DNA from: Gonapodya sp. JEL0774
Taxonomy: Eukaryota
Direction of reading: 5' to 3'
Assembly: GCA_027604505.1 (NCBI GenBank)
Contig: JADIIX010000045.1
Location: 124,001 to 161,073, forward strand
DNA: 37,073 nt
Under the pieces are notes generated by a model that made no database searches, had not been told where the DNA came from, and saw only the letters and a program-made list of their open reading frames with translations. Positions within the stretch are counted from its first letter, which is position 1; each line of letters opens with the position of its first letter. Below are positions 13,145 to 25,302 of this stretch, piece after piece. The translations under genes were made by a program, and so were the position numbers.

Positions 13145-15727
13145 CTAAATTGCTTGCACTCTAAAGTCGACGGTCTTCCTCAATCCCAACGTCACGGTCT
13201 CCGAGTACCGCCCCTCTCTTTTCGCGGGGTCTGTGTCGTATAATCCTTTTTTTTTTTTTTTGAGAGAGAGAGCATCAGATCAAATCGCTTTTCTCTTCCT
13301 CCACCTAACATGACAACACTCAAGGGTAACTCACCCCACTTTTCGGGGTCATCTTCGTTAACAAGCTCAAAGTCGAATCTCCGGATGAGGGTTGAAAGGA
13401 ACACGGTGGCTTCTTGTTGAGCGAAATTCATACCCTAAATGGCGTTACACAACGGTATCGCAAGTGTTCCAATGTCTCAGCAGGCGTGAATGTTGCTCTC
13501 ACCAAGCAGACCCTAGGGCCTCCATTGAAAACAAAGTGCCGTTTAGTGTTTTGCTTCATGACACTCTTCCCGTTTTCCAGAAGCCACCGTTCGGGGCGGA
13601 ACTCCGCGAAATCTTCGCCCCAAATCTCGGAAGAGTAGCCCTATAGCCATGAACGATAACATTAAATCGGGGAGGTTTTGCGTGTAGCAAGTTTCTACAC
13701 CAAGTTCACCATCGCGAAGCTGCTGAAAACAATATTATCTCCGGCGTACAAGAGTGTCTTGGTTCCGGGCAACACAACATCCTGAGTAACTCGCTTTCCA
13801 GTCTCGGGAACATTTGCGTGAAGTCGAAGCACCTGTTTACGTATTTGGAGAGAGCCGATGTACGTAAACTCATAGAACACAGGGAACAAACATCCATCAC
13901 ACACCTCGTTGAACACAGCCAGCGTATACGGCAACTGCCTCAGCATTTCGAACGTGCATTTCCCATCTTTTCCCATTACGCTCATGGCCTCTTCGCGCAG
14001 TTTGCGTACCACTTCTGGTCTCCGCGAGATTTCCCAGAACACCCAGGTGAGGGTTTGCGCCGTTGTATCGCGCCCGGCCAAGAAGAAATTGAGCACGTGG
14101 TCACGAAGGGCCTTGTCCGTGAGGGGTTTGTCATCGTCGGTTTTGGACTGCGTGGGGAGCAACAGATGGACAATGTTACCACCTGTTCGTGATGCATCTT
14201 GTCCGCTCGAACCCCCAACCGACAAAAAACTTTTCAACATTCCACGTCATCGTAAATCACGACTCACCTTTAACAAATGATCCAGTAGATCGTACCGGTC
14301 ATCGTCCTCCTTTTTCCCGAGTCCCTGAGCGATGAGCTTCCTCTTCTCCAAGAGCACCTCGGACGCAAACTTGTCAACGATTTCCATGCATTGGGTGAGT
14401 TTCCGACCGTTGCCGTTAAAGTATTCGGTGATTTTCCTGTGTCAGTAGAAGCATAGTGGTGGACAGAGGACAGACCACCAGCCGTTTTGGCATTAAAGCA
14501 ACCGTGCAACTTTGGGATCGGCATTAGTTTCTCAAATCCCACCCACCATAGTGCGTTCGAACCCCTCTTGAACGCATTCATCATCGCCCAATCAAACGCG
14601 TTTGCAAACTCGTTGGGTTCCATCACCAACCGCCCATCCTTTGCGCTCTGCTTCATTGACAGAGCACCGGCGTCTTTCCCGTAGGCCAATCGGGTGAACG
14701 AATCCATGGTACAACGGAGGAAAAGATCTTGTATGTCCACGATGAGCCCTTGTTGGGAGGCGGTGGTGAGGATAGTGGAGAGTTGGTCGCAGGTCTCGAT
14801 GAAGTCTTTGGAAAACTAGGAGAGTGGGTTATCGCCGGATTTTCGACGAGGGTTTTTCATGTCAAAGGACGGGGTTGGGTTGGGATGACGAAAGTGGGGT
14901 GAACAAGGGGTACTCACAAAGTCGCGGAAGCCACGGATGTTAAACAGGTTTGCAGCGAGCTTGCGGGCGGATTTCCTTGTGGGAACGAAGCAACACGGAA
15001 GAGTTTAGAATGCAAGAATCAAGTAAGAACCGGATGAAAACAACCCCCGGTTACATTGGTAATAGTCACCACTGATCGCCATCCGCCATGAAGATCCCAT
15101 CGCCTAGCACTTCCTCGAATGTAGTGTCTGATTGAGAATCTTTGATGAAAACGACTGGGTCTTTGAGAATGAATTCAACATCTCTAGAGGGCACGAGAGA
15201 TCGTGATGAGTATTGATTTCTTTTGATTACAGTGTTTGTAAGACACTCGCTGGGGATTGTTCGTGAATATCACATCTTCAGGAGCTGCAATGATAGGCCA
15301 AAATGTTTTCCGTCGGACTGGACCGTATGCTTTCACTTTTTCAATCCAGAACTCCCTATAGAGCAAAAACGTGGAGTTCAGAAGCGTGAACCGAGAAACT
15401 CCAGATGGAGTTGGCTTTAAAAGGAACTCACAGCCGTCTGGGTCTTTACACAATAGAAAAATTGATAAAAGTGAGGTACAGTTTTGAATGAAGGCAGGAC
15501 AACGTTGTCACACCAACTCACCTGTACTTCCCAATCAGCGAATTGAAGAAGTGACCGACGAGGGGTGATGCACCGTCTTCCATGGGTATATCATTTCTGT
15601 AGCGTGTGAGAATAGCACGATCCGGATAGAGCGTACACAGAAGCGCGATGACGGCGGCAATGCCCGCAAGTATTGACAGGTATGGTGAGGCAGCAAGGAA
15701 ATGGAATACTGCTTCAATTGCCGGCAT
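13145..15727 (-). CDS. Cytochrome P450, CYP52/CYP86-clan-like (fatty-acid/alkane omega-hydroxylase type), many introns
   Basis: N-terminal anchor; GDGIFMADGDQWKSARK; DIQDLFLRCTMDSF; I-helix NFFLAGRDTTAQTLTW; ExxR (EVLRLH); FRPERW; heme motif FNGGPRVCLG (~13500-13530); last exon ends VDFRVQAI-TAG. Confidence 0.92.
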
Positions 15728-16336
15728 CTTTCGAGCAGGGAAACACCGTGTGAGAATAGAGCGTAGAAAGTGTTTGCACCCCCGGTGAGATTACGGACGA
15801 GTTGGAGACTTTGAAGGTTTGATGGAGCCGGCTAAATTTGGGTTGCAAGTCGGCCCCACATCGGCTCAAGTGGCTGTGGGCTGATCTCCCGGTCAGTTTT
15901 GCACAAAGATCCCCGCATACGCATGCATGGTTAAGCGAGTATCCTGATTGCTCAGCCAGGAGAAGCTCGCTTAATGGGTCATAGACCAGCCATCAACACA
16001 GCCTTGTAAAGCCCGCACGGCACGCCGAATAATTGCAGCCATTTGGGTCGCTGCTGTGCCGGAGAGAAGAGAAATCCACATCCTGAACAAGTGCACATTA
16101 TGGTTCATCTCGGGGAGAATGTTATTAATGCACGGACACTGTTGTAGTTATGTACAACTCGATACTCGAATACCTACGAGTACACACTGGTAGATAAGCA
16201 AATCAAATCTCAAACAAATAGCCCTCAAAAGCAGCATAAAATACATCTTCATGGCACATAGGATACTCATACGCAACAATCAGTCACTCGAATGAGAATC
16301 AGGGGTACCACACCCCACATCCGCTGCACCACGACA

Positions 16337-19145
16337 TCAACGCCTCTTGTCCTGGTTCCTTCCTTTACCCCTGCCCTTCGCCACCTCATCCTTCAACTCA
16401 CCCAAAACCCCGTTCCCATCCCTCAAACTCCCCCACCGCGCAATCAGACTCTTTATCCGCCGCTTCTTCCCAGAATCCTGCCGCGAGGCTGGATCCCCAG
16501 CAACAACCTTCCCAGGAGCTCCGTCCCCGTCTGCATTTAACAACCCAAACACTGTTCCACGCACTTCCTGCACCTGCCCCACCTTGCGCTTTGTGGACTT
16601 GCGCTTGAATCGAGGGCGCTCCCGATCACCGGGTCTGACGTCTCGGAACCGCGGAGATATCCCCATTCGTGCACCCCAAGACGTGACGGAGAACATCGGC
16701 GACGATGCGTGCGACGAGGCGATAGAGGATGGTGCGGAAGTAGACCAAGAGGCCAACGAGGAGTAGGACTTTTCTGTAGGTGGTGGGGAGTCGGAAAGGT
16801 GGTCGTCATCACCGGGATTATGGGTAATGGTGAGCAGTGGCATCGTGGGAGGCGGAGGCGGCGGAGGGCGTCGTGCAGGTGGCGGTGGTAGTGACGTTGA
16901 TCGGTCGGGAAGAGCGTTAGGAACAGTATAGGGGTAAAAGGGGATGATGCTAGGCGATCGGGGAACCGCAACACGAATCGTCGGTGTCGGATCTTCACGC
17001 ATGGGCTGTGCGGGCACATTACCACCCGTCGACTCCTTCGCGTTAGCAACACTACGCTCGTCATCATGACCATCGACACTCTCCGAATGTCCGTACTCGT
17101 CCTCGCCCTCCCCTTCGTCGTGTACCACCGCCACCAGCCCTTCCCACGCGATTGGCACATCTTTTGCATGCACCATTTGTCCAACCTCGATCCGACCTAC
17201 TCTCGATTCGCCTCCGTTCCCACTCTTCACCCCTTCCCACCCAGAATCAACCTGGACATCGTCCACCACATCCACAAAACTGGTTGTCACAGCGACCTCC
17301 GCCGTCTCTCCGGCACAGAACGCCGCCCAATCACTCTCTCCCTTGCCGTCAAATGCACACGCTCCACTTTCATCCGCCGCTATGCCCGCACCCTGAAGAG
17401 TGACGGCAAATACCGGCACTTGCTTGAAGTATACTGATACCCTGTCCAAGTCCCCGTCCACGTTTCCCACCTGTGTTTTCGGGAGGTGGTTCTGACGGTA
17501 CGAGCGCGAGTGGGTGCGCGGGGGCGGATGGGTAAAATGTGGATCGCTGCCTGGCACAGCAGTTTCATCAAAGGCGTGGTGATGTCGAGTTTTGTGGGAT
17601 TTGCTCGACTTTTGGGACTTTTGGGACTTGTGAGATTTGGAAGTCGTGGTGCGCACGGGTGGTGTGGGGAGGACCTTTGTGGAGCGGTGTCGGACGATTC
17701 GGCGGGTGAGGTGCTTTATCGAGCGGGTGCTGGCGCGGAGGGTGGGAGATTCATGCTGGGTAGTGGATTCATTCTGAATGGGAGAATCATGGTGGGTGAG
17801 GGAGGGACTCGGGGAGGAGGATTGCAAAGTGGGATGTACTTTTGAGTGTCTGATTGGAGGTCGGGTGAGGGACTCGTTGACGACGGGGGTTGGAGTTCGC
17901 GGAAACTTGGGACCAAGAGCCACCATTGGCGAAAGAGGCTCTTGTAAGCCACCGGTCGGTTGTCCGTCTGGTGAGCTGTGCACGGATTCGTCGTTTGTAT
18001 GGTGGTTTGCATTGTCACGGTTAGTGGTCACTGGAGGCGACCGCGTTATCACTGTCTCGACAGGTGATGCATGCCATGATGCCAGTTGCGATGCCAGTTC
18101 ACCGTGCTCTGCAGGCATTATGGTCTCAGTTTCGGCGCTCAGAGCCACCGCAGGGGACGACGGAAACACGGAAGGTGGGGGAGGTTGCCATGTTGGAGAA
18201 GGGTAGATCAGTTTGTGGGCCGGTTCACTGTCCGCCCGGGTGTGGGAGGTCGTATGAGAAAAATTGTCGGTTATCGGAATGGCAGAGGACTTCCAAGAGG
18301 GTCCGATGGGTGCGGAGAGCGGAACGTGGGGATTAGACAAGCCAGTGGTAGAAATGGCGAGATGAAAGGGCGTGGAATGTTGAAATGGCTGGTTTGATGG
18401 GTGAGAAGTGTACCCCTGCGCGGATGCAGGCTGGGTGGAATGGGGAGGTGCTGAGGCAGCATTTGGTAGTCTGAACTGAGGTTCAGGAACAGCACTTGGT
18501 AAACCAGAGCTCAGAACAGGTATGAGTGGAGACGAAGGGTGTCTTTCTGGTGAAGCGAATGGGGTCAATTGAGGTGATCCTGTCACACGTTTGGACAGTT
18601 CATCTTGTTCTCTCTTTTGAGTTTCCATGAGGCAAAAGGCAATCATGGCCTCCAAGTCACGGTTGACAAGAGTGGATTGAGTGGGGGAAGCATGCAAAGA
18701 AAGCAAGTCATCGACGAGGACCGACCTGTCATGGTGGTTTGGCGTGAACATTTTGCAACAAGAGTCCAGGATATCCCAGTAAGTTGAGAGCTTTACACTT
18801 CCAAAAACTCTAGACAGGAACGCACTTTCTTCGTATTTCTTCGTCTGAGAGCGAATTGAGAGACCGCAAGGAAGTGGAAGATGCCATCGTCCGAAGCATG
18901 GAGGAACCCGATTCGGGGCCGAGCCCCGTCCTGAAAGACCCAGAGAGTGGTCTCGACGTCGAATAATCTTTCATGAAAGATGGGGTACCAGAGTTTGAAT
19001 TGGACGGTTTTCGTGTGTGTTGGGGGAGATGCCTGGTCGGCTGGGACACTAGAGACGAGGAGCCGTCGCTGAGAGAGCCCGAGCTCGCTGTCGTTAGAAT
19101 CCTCGGCGACGACGATGCGGATCCCCGCCGCCCAGGCGGAAACAT
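16337..19145 (-). CDS. Hypothetical ~900-aa low-complexity (Ser/Pro/His-rich) protein
   Basis: Exon 1 MFPPGRRGSASS...DEEIRRK (19145-18826). Phase-2 intron GTGCGT(18825)..GACAG(18726) joins it in frame to the 804-aa ORF. Contains a poly-Pro tract and a KS(H/Q/S) tripeptide repeat (~17590-17645). Confidence 0.7.
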
Positions 19146-19587
19146 TTTCAAAACCGACACAGAATTCTAAAGTTCGCTTGTGTGATCGGATATGAACAGG
19201 AACGGAATGGGCATAAAGCACCGCCAAACCCCTCCCCCTCAGCACTCAGCCTGCCCCAATTATTATTATCACAGCCGTTACCTCAGACCGAACTTCGCCC
19301 TATTCTAAAATACTCCGTTTGTTTACTCTGCATTTCATACTAGCTTATAGCCATTGTCGAATCTGTGAAAGCAGGGGGTGTGCTAGGTGAGCTCGAAGAG
19401 GGCATCCATTAGCCTGGATCTTGATTGAATCTTCAAAGCTCTAATGGCAAGGGAGATTGGGTCAGGTGTTATCATCATGTTTGCGAGGCGTGCGCCAGGC
19501 AGGAATCGAAAAATTTGTGTGCTGGGGTCCACGGGATCAATGCTGGTTGACTTCCGTTTATCTCCATTTCCCCCACCATTCGCTCAA

Positions 19588-20243
19588 ATGTCACGCAGCT
19601 CTTCCGAATCTCCTTCTCCCACAAAATCGCCAAGTTCACGGTCACCGTCTGCGTCCCCAAAGTACGACGCCGAAGATAGTGACGGCTCTTCGTCTCCCCC
19701 ACCAAACGAAGGCCTTGCAAGAAGCAACTCCAGGAGGTATGTGGACGAATCTCGGAGCCAGAAGGATTTGACACCTTCGCAAGGTAGGTACGTTGTGCGT
19801 ACACGATCACGGGTTTCCCCGCAGTCTTTCCTGCTTCGCAGAATATTGATTCGAGAAATTCACATTTCAAAGAAGAATGGTCCAACCCACTCTACTTTAG
19901 AAACCGCCTCAAGTCCATCCTCTTACCCTTCCTCGCCCTTCCTCCAGACACTCCACCTCCAAATACGCCATCGGCCTCCGATACGGTGCTCTCCCTCCTC
20001 CTATGCCAAAACTGCTTTCGTCCCCGCCCCCCTGCTTGTTTCCCACGTGCCCTTCTTGTGCAGCTTGACCGGGCTGACTTGACAACTATTCAGCAGCTTG
20101 CTCAAGACCTAACGTGTTCGGACTGTGTGCCAGAGGTGGCCGATGTGGTGCCGGATGAGTCGAACGGGAGATCTACAGAGGATCTGCTGGACGAGTTCAT
20201 GAGTGACTGGGGTGGTGAAGAGGATGGCGACTTCATGCCTTGA
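19588..20243 (+). CDS. 163-aa protein with a CxxC...CxxC zinc finger, Ser/Pro-rich N-terminus and acidic tail
   Basis: ATG 19588; phase-2 intron GTATGT(19737)..CTTTAG(19900). Product includes CQNCFRPRPPACFPRALL...LTCSDC and ends DLLDEFMSDWGGEEDGDFMP. Confidence 0.65.
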
Positions 20244-20786
20244 CAAGTCTTGAGTTCCGAACCACGTCCCGCGATGTGATAATCGAGGTGGTGAAGCTCT
20301 GCCAGTCAGTAGGCATCGGCAATGAAGCACGGACTTCAACTCTAAAGGAAGGATATCCTCCCTCTCTCATGCGTCAATCATGTTACATGTTGCTGCTAAA
20401 AGCACCTTCACCAGTACCCACATGGAATGAGCAGGCAAGCAGCAGTCATATGTCATCTGATCTTCGAACCACGGTCTTTTCTAGCTCACCTATATGTGGA
20501 TAATTCAGCCCCAAATACATTCTCACTGTCACATGAATACTGGCTGCAGCCCACTGAGAGCGAGAACGCTGTGGGTTCGAAATATATTGCGAAAAAAATA
20601 GCTACAGAGGAGAGCTGCAGCGCGGCCTCAGGCAGCCGTCATGGGCAACCTGGTTTGCATTCACACCATTCACGTATGAAATGAAGAATGAGATTAGAGA
20701 GACACTGCGGGCAGTGAAGAATCTCAAACGGGGTTCAACGGTGAATTGCTTAGTTATTGCAAACACCACATGATACGCTATGAAGA

Positions 20787-22187
20787 TCAACACCAGGTGT
20801 ATTTCTCGTTCGCATACCACTCCACAATCATCTTTCCTTCCTCCCAGTCCTTGACTTCTTTGCAATCTGGTCCAAACCAGGAGAAGCACGACAGCTCGTC
20901 CTCCCTCTCCTGCACTTGGTATTCAATCCCACCAGGCACCTCTGCGGCGAGAGCTGCAGCAGCTTCGACCAAGCCCGTTTTAGACTCTGGCGACCATATC
21001 TTTAAATCCGCAATCTTGAGACGTCGCAACTCGTTGCAAACTGCCCGTAGGAGGTCCTGACAGAGAGTACGTGCGGTGGAGGATTGCTGCTCGGGAGTTC
21101 CTTCTCCTGGCTCTACTCGCATCCGCACAACGAAGGCTTCGGGAGTTTTGACATCCAAAAACAGCAGAGCAAAAGCGTAAGGAGATGTTTGAGGCGTTTC
21201 GGGACTCGCGGGGAGTGATCCAACCACGACACCGTAGGCCATTTGGTTCACTTGTTCATCGCTCATATGGCCAACCTCGCGAGCGTAGAAGTTGCCACGT
21301 GTTGCGAACCATTCGTGGGATGGAGCAGTGACGCCAACAGCGGCAACACGAATCGTTTTTTCGGTTGGAGTGGTGGCACGGAGGCGGGCGTGAGCGGCAG
21401 GAAGGTCCCGGGTGATGAGAAGGTGATTGTCAAGGGGCATAAGCGTGACCGACTCTGAAAGAGTTAAAAGGCGGGTGGGGAAAGAGGATTTTGGTGAGGG
21501 TGAATCGATGGATTGGACAGTGAGTCGGAGCTGCCGGGATGGATAGGTGCGCCAGCCAAAGGTCTCATAAAATTTGGGTCCGATATCGGAGTAGAGAGAG
21601 GAGGCGGTCTGCAAATAGTCAAGTTCGTGCGTGGGGAATGGTGTTGATAATGTTGGGAACGGTTTTCATTGACGATAAAGAGCTTTCTCTATTCAAAATT
21701 GGAACTCACCAGCGCGAGCCTTTCTTTGCAGTCTTCCATTACCTTTTTCATCATAACCGAGGCATATCCGTTCTTTCTGTTCTTCTCTGGTGTGAAGACA
21801 GTTGCAATGCCGCCAATCTTCCCCTCACGGACGATTATGGATCCATCGTCCGCTTCCTCCGTATAATAAATTGGCCTTGTAAAATTCTCGCATGAGCACA
21901 GGTAAGGATTGTCCGGCTTTTGTAGGAGGTAAGTATAGCTGGTACGAGAGAACTCGTGAGCATAGAGCGCTTGCTCGCGGCGGATGTACAGCTCCCGAGT
22001 TAGATTCTTGCCGAAAGCCGTGACTGTCGGAGATTCTTATTCAGATCGATGGCAGTAGTAGAAAAAGCAAACGGAAAAAGAAAAAATCACAAGAAGCGTC
22101 GTTCGTCCACCCGATTTCCGTTGGATCCTCCGTGGACCTCAGAGTGTACTCGGAATCCACTTGCGGTGCTTTTTCGCTGATCGACAT
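20787..22187 (-). CDS. GNAT N-acetyltransferase, fungal LYC1-like lysine acetyltransferase family
   Basis: Introns 22090..22024 and 21709..21609. Product contains FGKNLTRELYIRRE, acetyl-CoA motif A IATVFTPEKNRKNGYAS, SSLYSDIGPKFYETFGW, and the family-typical C-terminus WYANEKYTWC. Confidence 0.85.
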
Positions 22188-22421
22188 TGGTTTTGCCAAG
22201 TGAAGTGTTTACAATTTGGAAGCATCGGGAACAATCTGATAAGTTCACATGTCGGGCAGGGAGCGGAAGCTCTTCCGTGTAACCATCGCAATCTCATCAA
22301 ACACATTCACTATTATTACATACACTGCGCGTTGCCGTTGATGAAAGGTCTGAAAGGTCCTCCTGGAAGTCTCCAACTCAACACGAACAAACACAGTTCA
22401 AAACATTATCAAATCGCCGGG
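22188..22421. promoter_or_regulatory. Putative bidirectional promoter between the GNAT and the nitroreductase-fold gene
   Basis: 234 bp separate two divergent predicted ATGs; no specific element identified. Confidence 0.4.
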
Positions 22422-24560
22422 ATGCATGCAAGGCCACTCTCGAACAATCTTTCTAGGTCTGCCAACAACACGATTTTCCAGTATCATGACGATTCGAAAC
22501 ATTCTTTCGATGCTTTCGCTCCTGGACCTGGCCGACTCGAGTGGGCTACTCAGCCGGATCCGTTTCGTGCTTTTGTTGATGCTGGTGTCACGAAGTTGAA
22601 ACTTCCTCCATCACAGCATTCTGGAAAAATCAGCCGTCTGACGCACAGAGATTTGGTTGATGTTGATGTCCGAACTCCACATTTGCCGATGGATCCCGAG
22701 GCTGTATCTGAGTTCCTCTACCACTCTGTTGCACTTAGTGCCTGGAAACGCGCCGGAAGTTCCAGATGGAGCTTGCGTGTGAATCCCTCTAGTGGTAGGC
22801 AGCATAAAAATCGCTTCTATTTGGAGTATGCTTCTGTTCTGAACCATATATGTTCAGGGAATCTCCACCCCACACAAACTTATCTTATTCTCCCAGCGCA
22901 TATTGGCTTCCCTGGAGAAGAAAAAGCTCCCCCTCTTTCACTCCACCATTACCTTCCTCAAACCCACTCTCTTGAAGAACGTGCTCGGCTCTCCTCAACT
23001 TCTTCTTTGCATGCGTTACACAAGGCTCTCTTTCCCAGTGCGGTTCCATCTCCCGACTGGTTCGCTGTTGGGTTCACTTCTCTGACCTGGAACGAAACGT
23101 GGAAGTATGGTCTGAGAAGCTTTCGCTACTGCCAGCTTGACACAGGTCACGCCATTGCCGCGATAAGTATGGCATCACGACTGTGCGGATGGCACTTGAC
23201 TCCACTGTGGAACATTCCGAAGTCGATCCTATCGCTGTTGCTTGGAACAGACCGAGAAGCAGACTTTCATCCTTCTGAAAGAGAAGACGCAGAGCTGTTA
23301 TTTGTGGTCTCCCGCTTAACGGAGGTGGACTCACCCCCGTTAAATGTTTGGGAAGAAGTGGCCTCGGAGCTCATATTTACTTCCGGGCCAGCAACGGTGT
23401 CGTCCCCTCGCGGTCACGCAGACGATTATCCTTCTATTTCTAGAGTTTCTGCCGCCACCTCGTCTTCTGGCGAATTCCTACCAACAACAACCGACGGGGA
23501 ATTGCGCTCTCTTCCATGGCCAGAAGCTGCGAAAAATCCGTCAGATACCGTTTTTGCTTCTCATGTCATTCGCACACGTCGATCAGCGGTCTCTTTTGAT
23601 GATGATGCTGGTCCTCTTCCCCGCGATGTGTTCTTCTCTATTTTGTCGCGTCTGGTACCTGCCCTCAAGTATTGTGAGAATCTCACAGCAATCTCTGGGG
23701 TGCAACCTCCTTGGAATGTACCTTTCCCGGGCTCTCCTCGTATTCATTTGGTGCTGTTCGTGCACGACGTGGACAGAATCCCCGCCGGCCTTTACGTTTT
23801 GAATAGAAGCTCATTTGATGTTGAGGCAGAGTTGAAGAATGCCATGCACCATGGTTTCGAGTGGGGAGATGTTGGTGGAGCCGGAAACATTCCACTCAGA
23901 TGCTTGGCAAAGCGTGAGTTTACAGGACTTTGCGTAGTGTCTCGAGGGCTCACATTTTAGCTGAAGGAGATCTGAAGAAGATTGCTGGAGCTGTGTCTTG
24001 CTGGCAGGAAATTGGTTCAGACGTAAGTAATGTGTGAAGCCCTGGTCCAAAATGAAGCGTGGACTCACCAGGATTGCATGCGTAAGTCCTTCTTCACCGT
24101 CTCTATGCTTGCCCAATTTGATGACTCTGACGAAGAACCGGACGGCAATTGGTACAGACGGTGAGGAATGCATCGAGCTTGTTTCACGTCTCTCCACAGA
24201 TATCTAGTATATGGTACGATCGAATTCAGAATTTTCTGGGAAGCTGGGCAGATTGGTCAAGTACTTTACTTGGAGGCCGAAAGGTATAGTATCCGCGGGA
24301 CTGGCATAGGATGCTTTTTTGGTGGGTGAAGAGATCGTTCTCAACTTTAGACAGCATACGAAAGCTCTGCTGATCCTCCACGCGATACAGATGACTCTAT
24401 TCATGAACTGCTTGGACTTGGCACGCAAAATGGTGGAATACAGGAAGGGCATCACGCTAAGTGGCAAGTAATCTACAACTTCGCGGTGGGAAGTCCCGTC
24501 GAAGACAAACGATTGCAGAATGAAGAGGCATATGAGAGGTCGTCAGTATCTTCCCTCTGA
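22422..24560 (+). CDS. SagB/ThcOx-family FMN-dependent dehydrogenase / tandem nitroreductase-domain protein
   Basis: YHDDSKH..APGPGRLEWATQPDPFR; ALSAWK..SRWSLRVNPSSG|NLHPT (intron 22795..22857); ETWKYGLRSFRYCQLDTGHA; IRTRRSAVSFD; VSCWQEIGSD; WYRRIFWEAGQIGQVLYLEAE..GTGIGCFFDDSIHELLGL; AVGSPVEDKRL. Five introns. Confidence 0.9.
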
Positions 24561-24683
24561 CGAACTTTGCGCTAAGTTAGTATGCCATGCAACAACAATA
24601 AAGCTCAAGCAAAGATCGTTTTTAGAGTTCTGCTGGTGAAGCATGGGGGTGTTAGCCACAGCAAAAAGATACAAACGGCGCAG

Positions 24684-25302
24684 ATGGCAGATACCGACTC
24701 AGGACGTCAAACACGATCCAACTCAGTGATTTCCAACCAATCTGATGGCGATCCGATGGCTGGGAACGGCAGGCGCCCGTCACTTGTGAGTCCAGTTTGA
24801 GCCGAATCACTCAACACTCTCAACTCTCTGGACACTTTCAAACCGTGGATTAGCTTGCATCAACTACGCTAGGGGCTCTCTTTTCCAAAAATCCGTTTAG
24901 CGCTTCTCAAGTGCCGTCGGTTTCCGGTGAGGGCTCGTCGCAGACTGTCCAATTTTCTTTCATAAATGTCTCCCATCAGTTACACAACCCAGCTTAACTC
25001 TTGGGACACATCCACAGGCCATGCCTGCCGGCCCCATGGGCTCTGGTGCAATCGCGCAATCTCCCCCCAAATCCCTTGCGGCCACTCTCCTTGGAATCAA
25101 AACTGAATCGCAAATCTCGATTAGTCCATCGAAATTGTCCGTGGATACGTCTTCTAAAGGAGAGGAGGACTCTAAGACTGGACGTCCTATCACCCCGATG
25201 GGAAAGAAGGTGAGGAGCTTCAATTCCTCTTGACGCCAACCACGATCAACTATCATTTTGAATCAGATATTTGCCGGCGGCTTTGACATGACATCATATT
25301 AA
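24684..25302 (+). CDS. 109-aa three-exon microprotein ending RPITPMGKKIFAGGFDMTSY
   Basis: Phase-0 introns GTGAGT(24786)..CACAG(25017) and GTGAGG(25210)..ATCAG(25266) give an uninterrupted reading frame. Confidence 0.6.

Noticed and set aside
18793..19245. 150-aa minus-strand ORF that looks PH-like (LEFCVGFENVSAWAAGIR)
   Set aside because: It has no ATG, and its phase at the GTGCGT donor does not match the downstream acceptor. The alternative frame (ATG 19145) splices in frame.
20778..20795. Cys-TGA-Ser-Ser-TAG at the GNAT C-terminus as possible selenocysteine readthrough (some early-diverging fungi use Sec)
   Set aside because: This family normally ends in NEKYxWC. The only SECIS-like candidate downstream (ATGACGGCTGC...) lacks the 3' GA of the kink-turn core.
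22161..22421. N-terminal 87-aa extension of ORF 22161..23960
   Set aside because: It starts at TTG, overlaps the GNAT start on the opposite strand and precedes the family homology. ATG 22422 is preferred.
13145..24560. P450 + GNAT + SagB-like genes as a RiPP or secondary-metabolite cluster
   Set aside because: No YcaO, precursor peptide, NRPS/PKS or transporter, and unrelated genes intervene.
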